Shown here in pieces: positions 35,523 to 46,086 of a DNA stretch of 63,225 bases. This DNA comes from a virus (Duplodnaviria > Caudoviricetes), in IMG/VR virus record IMGVR_UViG_3300049167_000226, positions 1-63,225 of that record; one strand, given 5' to 3'. How positions within the stretch are numbered: position 1 is the stretch's first letter; every line of letters starts with the position of its first letter. The position numbers and the translations under genes are program-made. The notes beneath the pieces were generated by a model. That model did not search any database and was not told the origin of the DNA. It worked only from the letters and a program-made list of their open reading frames with translations.

Positions 35523-37368
35523 CCCCGTCACGCACTGGGCGCAGGAAGTCGTCGACGGCTGGATCACATCAGGGCACTTTGGTCGCCTTGCATGCCAGCG
35601 ACACTTGCGCGATCTTGAATCCGCCCATCAGCGCGGGCTGGAATGGCGGCCCGAAGCAGCGCTGAAAGCGCTAAACTTCTTCCCGTCCGTGCTGATGGTC
35701 ACCGCGGGCGCAATGGCAAACACGCCTTTCTACCTGCCGAGCTACACCACCTTCGTGGTTGGCTCTCTGTTCGGCTGGTACCGCAAAGACAGCGGACGTC
35801 TCCGCTTCCGTAGCTCATGGGTAGAGGCTGGAAAAGGCCAGATCAAGTCTCCGGTGGCAGCGGCTCTCGGCCTCTATACGATGGGTTTCCGCGGCATCCC
35901 TCGCGCCGAGTGCTACGCGATCGCGAAGGACCGCAACCAGGCGAACGTTCTGTTCGGTGACGCCGTCGCGATGGCGAACGCCGAAATGCCGGAAGCCGAG
36001 TTCGACGGCGAAAGCCTCGTGTCGCGCGGCACGATCATCACGCGCGGTACCGGCGACATGACCTGGATGCTCGAGCATCCGGCTAGCGGATCGAAGTTCC
36101 GGTCACTTGCCGGTGACGAGAAGGTCAACGGGCCGCGGCCGTCTTATGTCGCTGCCGACGAGATTCACGAATGGAAGTCGGACGGCGCTCTGAAGACTTG
36201 GAAATCGGCCGGCGCAAAGATGCCGGGAGACTTCCTGCTCTGGATGTCGACGAACACGCCGGCCGCTGACCAGCCGGTCGCGACCGAGTGGAGCCAACTT
36301 CATCAGCGCATCTTGCGCGGCGAGGCCGAAGACGACTCCGCATTCGCGTTCATCGCCCGCGTCGATCCTGGTGACAAGCCGTTCGAGGACGAGAGCTGCT
36401 GGCAGAAGTCGATGCCCTGCCTGGGAATCACGTTCCCGATCGAGAACGTCCGGATCGAGGTGAATTCTGCCCGCAACTCGGTGGGCATGCGGTTAAGCAC
36501 CGAACGCCTCTATTTCGGGGTGCCGGTCGGATCGTCGGAATATTGGATCGACCTCGATTTCTGGGAAGCGGTTCAGGGCAAGGTCGATATCGAGAATGCC
36601 GGCGACGCCGACCTCTACCTGACCCTCGACCTCTCGAAGAAAAACGACCTGACCGCCCTCGGGATGGGCTGGAAGGATAGCAAGGACGTGCTTCATGCGG
36701 CGGTTCAATACTGGAAGCCGTCGGAGAAGCTGAAAGAAAAGTCGGAAGAGGACCACGCCCAGTATGTCGAGTGGGCTGCTGCGGTGCCGCCGCTCCTCAA
36801 CCTCGTCCGCGGCCGCTCGATCGAATACGAATTCATCGCGGTAATGATTCAGCGGCTGGTTGCCAGCCACAACGTTGCCGCGCTGATCGTCGACCCCGCA
36901 TACCTGACCGATTTCCGGAAGGCGTGCGACAATGTCGGGCTGGAGACGTGGGTCTGGGAGCCGGACGGCGAAGTCGGGTCCGGCCTGAAGATCATGATCC
37001 ACGGTCAGGGCCGGCTTGGAATGCAGTCGAAAAAGGCGTTGTGGATGCCGCGGTCCCTGACGAAGTTCGAAGATCGCATCCTGCAGCGTCGAATTGTTAT
37101 CGACGAGAACCCAATCACCAAGTGGTGCTCGGGCAACGCGGCGATCGAACCAGACGCGCAAAACAACCGCTTCTTCATCAAGAAGCACCAGCGCGGTCGC
37201 ATCGACGGCATGACGGTGCTGGCGATGCTTTCCGGCGCTGCCGACCTGGTCGAGGTCGGCGAGCGCTCGTTCTGGGAATCCGACGACGACCAGGACATCG
37301 ACGACATTGAAGCCGGCATCGAGGCCGAGCTCGCCGCGCTCGAGCGCGAGGCGCCGAACTTCTACTGA
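35500..37368 (+). CDS. terL: Terminase large subunit
   Basis: ACQRHLRDL, RLRFR, GKGQIKS, ADEIHE, LDLSKKNDLTA, RIDG; start moved to MSTLETS. Confidence 0.95.
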   Translation: MSTLETSDPVTHWAQEVVDGWITSGHFGRLACQRHLRDLESAHQRGLEWRPEAALKALNFFPSVLMVTAGAMANTPFYLPSYTTFVVGSLFGWYRKDSGRLRFRSSWVEAGKGQIKSPVAAALGLYTMGFRGIPRAECYAIAKDRNQANVLFGDAVAMANAEMPEAEFDGESLVSRGTIITRGTGDMTWMLEHPASGSKFRSLAGDEKVNGPRPSYVAADEIHEWKSDGALKTWKSAGAKMPGDFLLWMSTNTPAADQPVATEWSQLHQRILRGEAEDDSAFAFIARVDPGDKPFEDESCWQKSMPCLGITFPIENVRIEVNSARNSVGMRLSTERLYFGVPVGSSEYWIDLDFWEAVQGKVDIENAGDADLYLTLDLSKKNDLTALGMGWKDSKDVLHAAVQYWKPSEKLKEKSEEDHAQYVEWAAAVPPLLNLVRGRSIEYEFIAVMIQRLVASHNVAALIVDPAYLTDFRKACDNVGLETWVWEPDGEVGSGLKIMIHGQGRLGMQSKKALWMPRSLTKFEDRILQRRIVIDENPITKWCSGNAAIEPDAQNNRFFIKKHQRGRIDGMTVLAMLSGAADLVEVGERSFWESDDDQDIDDIEAGIEAELAALEREAPNFY

Positions 37369-37379
37369 TTGGAGCACCC

Positions 37380-37592
37380 ATGCGCTTGCTGAGGTTCGCC
37401 GGCCGCTGCGTGCAGACGGTCCGGTCATTCGTGACCAATGTCGTGCCGTCGCTTATCATTGACGGAGTAGGGCTCTTGGGCGCTACGGCCATCTCATATG
37501 GCGCCTGGGAAATCTACCGGCCTGTAGGCTTCATTGTCGCGGGCATCCTGATGCTCGCATTCGCGTTCATGATCGCGGGCCGCTCACGATGA
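37380..37592 (+). CDS. Small membrane protein between terL and portal
   Basis: Two hydrophobic segments, GGAG RBS. Confidence 0.65.
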   Translation: MRLLRFAGRCVQTVRSFVTNVVPSLIIDGVGLLGATAISYGAWEIYRPVGFIVAGILMLAFAFMIAGRSR

Positions 37593-38893
37593 GGGGGCTT
37601 TTCGGTGCGCTGGTCGGCGGTGGGGAGCGGAAAGACGAGAGCCGGTACGGCATAGTCGAGCAGATGTGGGCCGACTTCTTCGGCGGGATGGCGACGTCGA
37701 AGACCGGGATTTCGGTCAACTGGAAGTCAGCGCTCAGCGTAACGACGGTATTGGCTTGCTGCCGCGTGCGCGCCGATGGTCTGGCGACGGTGCCATGGAA
37801 GCTCTACCAGCGGGTGGAGAAGTCGCAGAACGGAAAAACGATCGTCGAGCGCCAGGAGGCGCGCAAGCATCCGCTCTATGACCTTCTGACGACCGCGCCG
37901 AACGAGTGGATGACGAGCCTCGAATTCCGGGAAACCTTGAATTTCCACGTCGATCTCACCGGAAATGCGATCGCATTCCTGAACAAGGTCCGGGGCAACA
38001 TCGTCGAGATGATCTTGCTCGATCCAGGCCGCGTCACATGGAAGGTCAACCCGGATTATAGCCGCGTCTACACCTTGACCGGCCTCGACGGCTCGACCGC
38101 AACTGTGACCGGCAATGAAATATGGCATGTGAAAGGCCCGTCGTGGGACACGATCGAGGGGCTCAACATCGTAAAATATGCGGCCGAGGCAATCGGCTTG
38201 GCGCTCGCGACCGAAGAAACGCACGCGCACTTCCATCGCAATGGCGCACGGCCGAGCGGTATTCTCGCGGTCGACCCAGCGATCGGCGATGCGAGCATGA
38301 AAAAGCTCGCTGCCTGGGTGCGCCACCACTTTGGAGGCGCCCAAAACGCCGGCAAGATCATGGTTATGGACCGGGCTGCGAAGTATTCGCCCGTTCAGAT
38401 GACCGGCGTCGATTCTGAACATCTGGCGACGAGGAAATTTCAGGTCGAGCGCATTTGCGAAGTCCTCCGGGTGATGCCCATCATGATCGGATTCTCCGGC
38501 GACAAAAATGCGACCTTCGCCTCGGCCGAGCAGATGTTCCTTGCGCACCTGGTTCACACGATCAGGCCAATCCATCGTCGGGTCGGCGGGTCGGGCGATC
38601 TGTTCTTGCTCACGAAAAAGGAGCGGGCAGAAGGATATTATACCGGCTTTGTCGATGCTGATTTCTTGAGCGCGGCGATGAAGGATAAGGGCGAGTATAA
38701 CCAGAAGGCGCTTGGCAATAGCAGCGCCGGCTGGGTCACGCCCAACGAGGTCCGCGCATGGGACGAGCTGCCGCCGATCGCGGGCGGCGATCGTCTTTAC
38801 GTCCCGGCCAACATGGTCGCCATCGACGAGGATGGAAAACCTATCTTGTTAGCGCCGCCGAAGGCGCCAACCCCGACGCCATCTGGAGAATAG
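37589..38893 (+). CDS. HK97-family portal protein
   Basis: HPLYDLL..APNEWMT, NGARPSGIL, VTPNEVRAW.ELPPI.GGD. Confidence 0.95.
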   Translation: MRGLFGALVGGGERKDESRYGIVEQMWADFFGGMATSKTGISVNWKSALSVTTVLACCRVRADGLATVPWKLYQRVEKSQNGKTIVERQEARKHPLYDLLTTAPNEWMTSLEFRETLNFHVDLTGNAIAFLNKVRGNIVEMILLDPGRVTWKVNPDYSRVYTLTGLDGSTATVTGNEIWHVKGPSWDTIEGLNIVKYAAEAIGLALATEETHAHFHRNGARPSGILAVDPAIGDASMKKLAAWVRHHFGGAQNAGKIMVMDRAAKYSPVQMTGVDSEHLATRKFQVERICEVLRVMPIMIGFSGDKNATFASAEQMFLAHLVHTIRPIHRRVGGSGDLFLLTKKERAEGYYTGFVDADFLSAAMKDKGEYNQKALGNSSAGWVTPNEVRAWDELPPIAGGDRLYVPANMVAIDEDGKPILLAPPKAPTPTPSGE

Positions 38894-38895
38894 GC

Positions 38896-39594
38896 ATGGA
38901 TCATCTTGAGACCGGGCTGATCGAGGTCAAGTTCGAAGACAACGCCTCGAAAGCTGGCATTTTCTCCGGGTACGGCGCCATCTTCGGCAATATCGACTCG
39001 CATGGCGATATCATCGAGAAGGGCGCCTTCAAAAACAGCCTCCGCGAATGGGAAGGCAAGGGCAAGCTTCCGAAGATGCTTCTCCAGCACGGCGGTTTCT
39101 TCGGTCCGGTCGACGACATGCTCCCTGTCGGCAAATGGCTCTCCATGGAAGAGAACAGCAAGGGCCTCAAGGTCGAGGGCCAGCTGTTCGCGCTCGAAAC
39201 CGACCGCGGCGCGCTAATCTACGAGGGCCTGAAGAGCGGCGAGCTCGACGGTTTGTCGATCGGTTATCGCGCCAAAAAGCACCGCATGGGCACGAAGCCC
39301 AAGGATCCGACTCGCTGGCTCGAGGAAGTTGACCTGAAAGAGGTCAGCATCGTGACATGGGGCTCCAATGATCGCGCCCTGATCAGCCAGGTCAAGGCGC
39401 TCGACCTGTTCAACCCGCGCGAACTGGAGCGGGATTTGAAAACCATTCTATCAGGTGGCGACGCCGTGAAGGCCGTCGCCATCGTGAAGAAGCACCTTCA
39501 GCGTGAGGCTGAGGGCCAACCCACGACGTCTTCTCGTGACGAAGAAGCGGCGGTGGAACTGCTCGAAGAGCTCAAGAAGCTCCGGGCGGGTTGA
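38896..39594 (+). CDS. HK97 prohead protease
   Basis: FSGYGAIFGNID, LLQH, GLSIGY, EVSIVT. Confidence 0.95.
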   Translation: MDHLETGLIEVKFEDNASKAGIFSGYGAIFGNIDSHGDIIEKGAFKNSLREWEGKGKLPKMLLQHGGFFGPVDDMLPVGKWLSMEENSKGLKVEGQLFALETDRGALIYEGLKSGELDGLSIGYRAKKHRMGTKPKDPTRWLEEVDLKEVSIVTWGSNDRALISQVKALDLFNPRELERDLKTILSGGDAVKAVAIVKKHLQREAEGQPTTSSRDEEAAVELLEELKKLRAG

Positions 39595-39620
39595 CCAACC
39601 TTACGCACTAGGAGGGCAAA

Positions 39621-41000
39621 ATGCCCGAACTGAAGGACGTGCTGGACGATGTCCAGCGCGAGGTGAAGCGAGTCGGCGAGGACTATAAATCGCTCCAGTC
39701 CAGCATGGAAAAGGACCTGAAAGCGGTCCGCGAGCTGGCCGAAAAGGCCGGCAAGGATGCCGGCGTCGGCACGCAGCTGAAGAACGACTTGGATGCCCTC
39801 ACGCGCGGTGTCGAAGAAAAACATGCCGCGATCGAGCTCAAGGTCAAGGAGATCCTCGATAAGGCCGATGCTGAAGCCAAGGCCATTCTGGAAATCGAGA
39901 AGAAGCTGAACCGCCCGAACGGCGGTAACGGCGGCGACCAGGCCAAGCTCATCCTGGAAGCGACCGAATTCAAGCGAACCGTGATGTCTCGTCGCGGCGA
40001 GCTTAAGGCGACGACCAACCTCAAGCCCGAGGAAACAAACCTCGAAGAATACAAGGGCTACGAGGACGCCTTCAAAATGTCGCTCCGTCGCGAGGTGCAA
40101 TTCCTCTCGGCGGACGAGCAGAAGGCCATGATGGTCGGTTCCGATCCGGACGGCGGCTATCTGGTGCCGACCGCGACCAGCTCGCGGATCATCACCAAGG
40201 TCTACGAGACTTCGCCGCTCGACGAACTCGCCTACCACGAGACGATCTCGACGGATGCGATCGAAATCGCGATCGACACCGATGAGGCCGGTGCCGGATG
40301 GGTCGGCGAGACCGAGGCGCGGCCGGAAACGTCGACCCCGCAGGTCGGCAATCAGCGTATTCCGGTTTTCGAGATCTATGCGAAGCCGAAAGCAACGCAG
40401 CAGCTGCTCGAAGATGCCGGTATCGATGTCGAGGCCTGGCTCGAGCGCAAGGTCGCCGAGAAATTCGCTCGCATGCGCGCGCTGGCGTTCATTTCGGGGA
40501 ATGGCATCAAGAAGCCGCGCGGCATCCTGACCTATCCGGCTGGTTCGAACGGCGTTCGCGGCACCATCATGCAGGTTCCGACCGGCAACGCCACGTTGCT
40601 CACTCCGGACGGCCTCGTGACCCTGACCTTCTCCCTGAAGGACAAGTATCTCGCCAACGCTACCTGGCTGATGAAGCGCGGCAGTGTCGGCGCTGTCATG
40701 CTCTTCAAGGACAACCAGGGCCAGTACATCTGGCGGCCGGGTCTCGAAGCCGGCAAGCCCTCCATCCTGCTCGGCTATAATATCCGCCGCGCGGATGACA
40801 TGCCCTCCGTAGGTGCCGGCGCGCTTCCGATCGCCTTCGGTGATTTCCGTGCCGGCTACACGATCGTCGATCGTCTGGGTATCCGCACTCTGCGGGACCC
40901 ATATTCCTCGAAACCGTTCGTCGAATTCTACACGCGCCAGCGTGTCGGCGGCGACGTCGTCGATTTCGAGGCTTACGCCCTGCAGGTCGTGTCGGCCTAA
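39621..41000 (+). CDS. HK97-family major capsid protein
   Basis: Coiled-coil delta domain, DGGYLVP, FGDF..GY.IVDR. Confidence 0.96.
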   Translation: MPELKDVLDDVQREVKRVGEDYKSLQSSMEKDLKAVRELAEKAGKDAGVGTQLKNDLDALTRGVEEKHAAIELKVKEILDKADAEAKAILEIEKKLNRPNGGNGGDQAKLILEATEFKRTVMSRRGELKATTNLKPEETNLEEYKGYEDAFKMSLRREVQFLSADEQKAMMVGSDPDGGYLVPTATSSRIITKVYETSPLDELAYHETISTDAIEIAIDTDEAGAGWVGETEARPETSTPQVGNQRIPVFEIYAKPKATQQLLEDAGIDVEAWLERKVAEKFARMRALAFISGNGIKKPRGILTYPAGSNGVRGTIMQVPTGNATLLTPDGLVTLTFSLKDKYLANATWLMKRGSVGAVMLFKDNQGQYIWRPGLEAGKPSILLGYNIRRADDMPSVGAGALPIAFGDFRAGYTIVDRLGIRTLRDPYSSKPFVEFYTRQRVGGDVVDFEAYALQVVSA

Positions 41001-41020
41001 GCGATCTGGCTCCCCGGTGG

Positions 41021-41046
41021 GGCGCGGTTTCGGCCGCGCCTCTTTC
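41021..41046 (+). terminator. Terminator after capsid gene
   Basis: ggcgcggt-ttcg-gccgcgcc-tcttt. Confidence 0.55.
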
Positions 41047-41095
41047 GTCATTCGTCCGGTGACGCGCTGCGCGCCGGCTTCTCATGGAGGCTCCC

Positions 41096-41521
41096 ATGCG
41101 GGACCTGATCAATAATATCGACTTCAAGCGGGCGATCTCGCCGGCAGCGGCCGTTACGGACAATTCCGCCATCGTCACGCAGATCCTGAACCGGTTGGGC
41201 GTTGAGGCCGTGGCGCTCGCCATCATCCTGGGTGACCTCGCTGATACCGACGCCACCTTCGCGGTGACGATGGAGCACGGTGACGCTCCCAACCTCTCAG
41301 ACGCGACGGCTGTGCCGGCAGACCAGATGAACGGTTCCCTGGCGCTCGCTGGCTTTACCTTCGCGACCGACAATGGCGTGCGGAAAATCGGATACGTCGG
41401 CGGGAAACAGTATGTCCGCGCGACGATCACGCCCTCAGGCAACACCGGCAACGTCTTCGTGTCAGCGCTGTGGGTTCTCGGCAAGACGAACATGACGCCG
41501 ACGCCCAACCCGCCGTCGTAA
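41096..41521 (+). CDS. Putative head decoration/cement protein
   Basis: Follows capsid gene; beta-rich, IGYVGGKQYVR; GGAGG RBS. Confidence 0.65.
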   Translation: MRDLINNIDFKRAISPAAAVTDNSAIVTQILNRLGVEAVALAIILGDLADTDATFAVTMEHGDAPNLSDATAVPADQMNGSLALAGFTFATDNGVRKIGYVGGKQYVRATITPSGNTGNVFVSALWVLGKTNMTPTPNPPS

Positions 41522-41604
41522 GAAACGCGAATTCTCTAGGGGCGGGCACATAGCCGGCGCGTTCAGCGCCGGTTTTACATCAACAATCCAAGAGGATATC
41601 CGCC

Positions 41605-42318
41605 ATGAAAGGCACCGTTAAGCAGGCCTTCCCGTTCGCGTTCGACGGGACGAACTTTTTGCACCTCAAAGCTGGCGACGACTTCCCGCCCGCTGGATAT
41701 TCGGTCCAGGACAAAACCTTTGCTGGTCTCGAGACGGCGGGGTTCATCGAAGCTGCGAACGGCCGATCCACCACGCCGGTGGACGAAGATCTGAACCGCC
41801 GTATCATCGACGCTCTCGACAAGAAGCTGTCGGCCGCCTCCGACGAGGAGCTGAAGGCCATCATCGCGCGCCGCGGTACTCCATTTTCCGGCAACATGGT
41901 GCACGCGGTCCTGGTCGCTGAGGCGAAGGCCCAGATGCTGGCCGAACTCGAAGGGAATGCGCCGATCGTCGGCGTCAATCCGAATGCCGGCGTCACTGAA
42001 CAGCCGCTCGCGGCGCCCGGCGCGCCCACTCCGCCGTCTGCGGCCTCTGCGATCGAACAGCAGAAGGTCGAGCAGGAAACCATCCAGCAGAACCAGGCCG
42101 GTGCGGGCGAGAATAAGGCCACCAACCAGTTCGGCGAACCGCTTCCCGCCACCGTGAAGAACCCGTCCTCGGAACCCGAGAAGAAGGCTTTGACCGAGGC
42201 TGAGCTCAGCAAAATGAACAAGGCCGACCTCGAGGCCTATGCAGCCGAGCAGAAGGTCGATCTGTCGAACGCCAAGACCAAGGACGATTACATCGAGGCT
42301 CTCAAACCGAAGTCCTGA
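41605..42318 (+). CDS. Head-region protein with C-terminal helix-extension-helix (Rho-N/LEM-like) motif
   Basis: LSKMNKADLEAYAAEQKVDLSNAKTKDDYIEAL. Confidence 0.6.
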   Translation: MKGTVKQAFPFAFDGTNFLHLKAGDDFPPAGYSVQDKTFAGLETAGFIEAANGRSTTPVDEDLNRRIIDALDKKLSAASDEELKAIIARRGTPFSGNMVHAVLVAEAKAQMLAELEGNAPIVGVNPNAGVTEQPLAAPGAPTPPSAASAIEQQKVEQETIQQNQAGAGENKATNQFGEPLPATVKNPSSEPEKKALTEAELSKMNKADLEAYAAEQKVDLSNAKTKDDYIEALKPKS

Positions 42319-42360
42319 TCCGCAGCGCGGCAATGTGATCGCAAAACCAGGGAGGCCGAC

Positions 42361-43014
42361 GTGCGCCAGTCATTCTCGGTTATATCGCCGGCCTCCCAAC
42401 TTTCTATTCTCACTGATGCCCAGCTTCGGGCGGCAGCCGGTCTCGACGCTGATGACGACAGCCGTGATACCGAGCTGCGCGCCCTCGGCGCCGCGCTCTC
42501 CTCTGATATCGCCGTTGCCTGTAACGTCGTCGACGATGGCGTAAATCCGCCGACGCTTCTCCAGGAAACCGTCACGGAGACGTTTTGGGTGTGCGATCGT
42601 CCACCGGAGCTATTCCTATCGCGGCGGTTCGTGTCGAGCGTCACCTCAGTTACCGAGGCTGGTTCCACCCTGACGTCGTCGGATCACGTCCTCGATGCCG
42701 GCGCCGGACTCCTGAACCGTGTTTCGGGCGGTCGACCATGGTCGTGGTATACGGGCGAGGTTTCGCTCACTTATATCGCCGGCTTCGCAGCCGCGCCGCC
42801 AGATCTTGCCGCCGCTGCGTTCGATCTCGCGAAGATCCGGCTTTCCTATGGGTCGCGGGACCCGCTCGTGAAGTCGGAGAGCATTGAGGTACCCGACATT
42901 GAGACCCGACGCCTAGATTTCTGGGTCGGCGCGCTTCCCGGCGCCGCCGCCAGCCCGGTGCCGCCGGAAATCCTTTCGCGCTTGTCTCGCTACATGAACG
43001 TGTTCATCGCATGA
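42361..43014 (+). CDS. Head-tail adaptor (gp6-like)
   Basis: Position; TYIAGF..PPDL motif. Confidence 0.75.
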   Translation: MRQSFSVISPASQLSILTDAQLRAAAGLDADDDSRDTELRALGAALSSDIAVACNVVDDGVNPPTLLQETVTETFWVCDRPPELFLSRRFVSSVTSVTEAGSTLTSSDHVLDAGAGLLNRVSGGRPWSWYTGEVSLTYIAGFAAAPPDLAAAAFDLAKIRLSYGSRDPLVKSESIEVPDIETRRLDFWVGALPGAAASPVPPEILSRLSRYMNVFIA

Positions 43015-43355
43015 TGACGCCGGCGGAAGTCATAGCCGATCTCGATCGAGCGATCGAGCGGACCGGCCAGGATGTGATCTGGCGCCGGTATACCGCATCG
43101 ACCGGAAGCCCGCGGCCGAAGATCGAACTTCCAGTACGGGCTTTCGTCCGTCCGCTCGAAGCCGAGGACCTGGTGGGCAATATCGACAGCACCTTTTCGA
43201 AGGTCATCATGAGCGCCACGGGCAAGTCATCGATGCTGCCGATCGTCAAGGGGGACAAGATCGTCATCGATGGTCGTGAGCGCAACGTGGAGATCCCGAA
43301 GCCCTACCGGTACCAGAACGAGCTGATTAGGATCGTCGCAGTGGTGGGTGGTTGA
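43011..43355 (+). CDS. Head-closure protein (putative)
   Basis: Position and size. Confidence 0.6.
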   Translation: MMTPAEVIADLDRAIERTGQDVIWRRYTASTGSPRPKIELPVRAFVRPLEAEDLVGNIDSTFSKVIMSATGKSSMLPIVKGDKIVIDGRERNVEIPKPYRYQNELIRIVAVVGG

Positions 43356-44005
43356 TGGCGACGTTCGCTCAGTTCGACCATGAGATCCGGATGGCCTCGG
43401 CAGGGTTCGATCCGGAGGCGATCAATAAGGCACTGGCAGATTTTGCTCGCGCCGAGCTGCGCAAAGCCCAGACCGCAGGCGCGAGCCGGACATACCAGCT
43501 CTATGTGAACGGCCGGCCGGCGGCATCAGAATACGAGGTCGTGGCGCCTGGTCCGATCGTCTACCAGTTCTCGCTCTGGTCTGAGATCATCGCTTACGCG
43601 CTGAGCGAGCTGCAGCGCCGATCGCCCGTTCGCAGCGGCCGATTCCGCAATTCATTCATCGTCCTAGTCGACGGAAAGACCTTCGATCCCGCGCGCGACG
43701 TGCCGGCAACGTCGGAAGTGATCATCACCAACTTCCAGCCTTACATTCGCAAGGCGGAGGCGGGGCTTCTTGGCACCAAGCGGTTTGCGATCTTCGACGG
43801 GACCAAGCGAGCGCTCGCCCGCCGCTTCGGAAATGAAGGCCGTTCGTCGTTCGGCTATCTGTTCGAGACCAAGTGGTTGAACATCGCTAACGGCGTTCAT
43901 CCGCAGATCCCGTACATCCTGAAGCGCAGCGCTGGGCGGCGAAAGGATCGGCAGGCAGGTATTCCGATCACGTATCCGGCTGTGATCATGTCCATGGTGA
44001 TTTGA
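43352..44005 (+). CDS. Neck/tail-completion protein (HK97 gp10-like)
   Basis: RSPVRSGRFRNS motif; position. Confidence 0.65.
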   Translation: MMATFAQFDHEIRMASAGFDPEAINKALADFARAELRKAQTAGASRTYQLYVNGRPAASEYEVVAPGPIVYQFSLWSEIIAYALSELQRRSPVRSGRFRNSFIVLVDGKTFDPARDVPATSEVIITNFQPYIRKAEAGLLGTKRFAIFDGTKRALARRFGNEGRSSFGYLFETKWLNIANGVHPQIPYILKRSAGRRKDRQAGIPITYPAVIMSMVI

Positions 44006-44421
44006 TGTCGAGCCCTGAAGCCTTTGATGCAATTCAGGACGTCCTCTTCCAATCCTGGAGTGAGACCGACGTGCTCTACGAGAATGACGCGATCGAGGAT
44101 CCGGATTCGCAGACCGCATTCGTCTACGCCGAGATCGTGGGAGACCTTTTCGAACAGGACACCTTCGGTGCGCCCGGTCAGAACGAATGGGTCGAGGATG
44201 GTGCCATCTATCTGCATGTGATGGTGCCCAACGGGACAGGATCCCGGGAGGCGCGGTCGATCGCTAAGCGCCTTAGCGACCTTTTTCGGGAGCGGCCGGC
44301 GGCCGGCGTTAACTTCGGCAGGATGTCGATCGGAAGCGGCGACCCCGGGCGGTCTTTCCCGAATTTCTATGCGATGACGCTGACGATCGGCTTCGATCGG
44401 CGCGACATCACCGGATCTTAG
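44002..44421 (+). CDS. Tail terminator protein (putative)
   Basis: Acidic, precedes tail tube; VMVP.GTG motif. Confidence 0.65.
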   Translation: MMSSPEAFDAIQDVLFQSWSETDVLYENDAIEDPDSQTAFVYAEIVGDLFEQDTFGAPGQNEWVEDGAIYLHVMVPNGTGSREARSIAKRLSDLFRERPAAGVNFGRMSIGSGDPGRSFPNFYAMTLTIGFDRRDITGS

Positions 44422-44516
44422 AGTTTCCGGCCCTGTCCGGACGCCGAACACGCGCCTTCGGCAAGCGCGCACTGGCCCGTCGTGAGGACGCGCCCTTCCC
44501 ATAGATGGAGCCCAAC

Positions 44517-45449
44517 ATGTCTGTAGCCCAAGGTTCAGAAACCAGGCTGGCATATATCATCGAGGATACGCCTGGCGTCATTCCCGATGAGCCAGCTTGG
44601 CAGGTTGCTCGTTACGTCACCGAGGGCCTCACGCTGGATAAGCAGACGGTCTCGTCGGACGAAGTCCGGCCGGACCGCAATCGGACGGACATCACTGATG
44701 TCGGTCGGCAGGTCAACGGGCCGATCAATACGCTGCTTTCTTACGGCACGTTCGACGACTGGCTGGCCGCATTGCTTTGCGGCGACTGGTCGACCAATGT
44801 TCTGAAGAACGGCATCATCAAGAAGACCCTGGCATTCGAAAAGACGTTCGAACTCGGCGCTACCGACGTATTCACGCGGTATGTGGGATGCCGGTTCAAC
44901 ACGCTCGATCTGCAGCTCAATGCCAAGCAGAATGTTACAGCAAACTGGGGCGTGATGGGCACTGGCAGCCCCGCGGCGGCCACCGCCATCATTACGGATG
45001 CCACCTATACTGATCCGACCACTACGCCGGTCATGAACGCGGCCCTGAACGTCGGCAGCCTGGCAATCACCGGCGTCACGGCGACGCCCAAGCTGCAGGC
45101 ACTGTCCCTGCGGATCAACAACAACATCTCGGCGGTCGATGTCATCGGCCAGTATGAGACCTACGATTTCGTCTACGGTCTCTTCGACGTGTCCGGCTCG
45201 ATGACCGCGGTTTTCGAGAACAAGGATCTCTACGACGCGGTCGTGAACCATTCCGACCTCTCGCTGTCTTTTACCATCGGCGTGACGACGGGGGCAAAGT
45301 ACAGCTTCTCCATCCCCAAGATCAAAGCAATGAACGGCTCGCCGGTCGGCCCGGGCAACGGCCGGGCTGTGGTGATGGAAGTTCCCTTCCAGGCCAAGTT
45401 CGACGCGACGCTCGGTGCCACATTGGGGATCACGAGGGCGGTAGCCTGA
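44517..45449 (+). CDS. Major tail tube protein
   Basis: E.TPG..P N-terminus, SDEVRPDR; position. Confidence 0.85.
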   Translation: MSVAQGSETRLAYIIEDTPGVIPDEPAWQVARYVTEGLTLDKQTVSSDEVRPDRNRTDITDVGRQVNGPINTLLSYGTFDDWLAALLCGDWSTNVLKNGIIKKTLAFEKTFELGATDVFTRYVGCRFNTLDLQLNAKQNVTANWGVMGTGSPAAATAIITDATYTDPTTTPVMNAALNVGSLAITGVTATPKLQALSLRINNNISAVDVIGQYETYDFVYGLFDVSGSMTAVFENKDLYDAVVNHSDLSLSFTIGVTTGAKYSFSIPKIKAMNGSPVGPGNGRAVVMEVPFQAKFDATLGATLGITRAVA

Positions 45450-45655
45450 TGACCGGAGCAAAGAAATCCTCGGGTGAGGGGCATCCCATCACCTTCGTGC
45501 CGGCCATCTCTTTCACCGGATATCCAAGAGGCAAGAAGACGAAGTTCACGGCCGGCGAAGAGAGTGCACCGGTACCGGCCGGTTTTCTGGAAATGGTGCG
45601 CACCAAGGGGTTCGTCCGAAAGGAGGGCGGATCCAATCACGAAGAAAGGGCGTAA
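45449..45655 (+). CDS. Small hypothetical protein
   Basis: TGATG coupling. Confidence 0.55.
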   Translation: MTGAKKSSGEGHPITFVPAISFTGYPRGKKTKFTAGEESAPVPAGFLEMVRTKGFVRKEGGSNHEERA

Positions 45656-45660
45656 CGTCA

Positions 45661-46086
45661 ATGGCCGAAAAGGTTCTGCTTTCCAGCTTGAGGGCTGATC
45701 TCGACCGCGAGAAGAACGGAGACTGGATACCCTATCCAGGCTGGAAAGGTGTTTCCTTCAACGTCTCGGCTCTTACGATTCCTGAATACGAAACCGCTCG
45801 CGACCTGATGTTCAAGCGGTTGGCGCAGACCTACAAGGACACCGTCATCCCGAAGGACGTTCTCTCTGCGGAGCTTGGTGCTCTCTACGCGGAATTCATC
45901 CTACACGACTGGCGCGGCCTCGATATCGATTACACGCCTGAGGTCGCCAAGCAGACTCTCGCCGACCCGGCCTACCGCGCGGTCGTAGCGGCTGTCGAAT
46001 TCTGCGCCGCCAAGATTTCCGAAATCGACGCGAAATTCACCAAGGCCGAGGAGGGAAATTCCTCGCCGCCTTCCGCGCTCGGCTAG
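45661..46086 (+). CDS. Tail assembly chaperone (gpG-like)
   Basis: ILHDWRGL motif; slippery site near 3' end. Confidence 0.85.
   Translation: MAEKVLLSSLRADLDREKNGDWIPYPGWKGVSFNVSALTIPEYETARDLMFKRLAQTYKDTVIPKDVLSAELGALYAEFILHDWRGLDIDYTPEVAKQTLADPAYRAVVAAVEFCAAKISEIDAKFTKAEEGNSSPPSALG

Noticed and set aside
39498-41051. Long antisense ORFs (e.g. 517 aa opposite the capsid gene; others opposite portal, tail tube and recT)
   Set aside because: Typical shadow ORFs of GC-rich coding DNA opposite clearly identified genes
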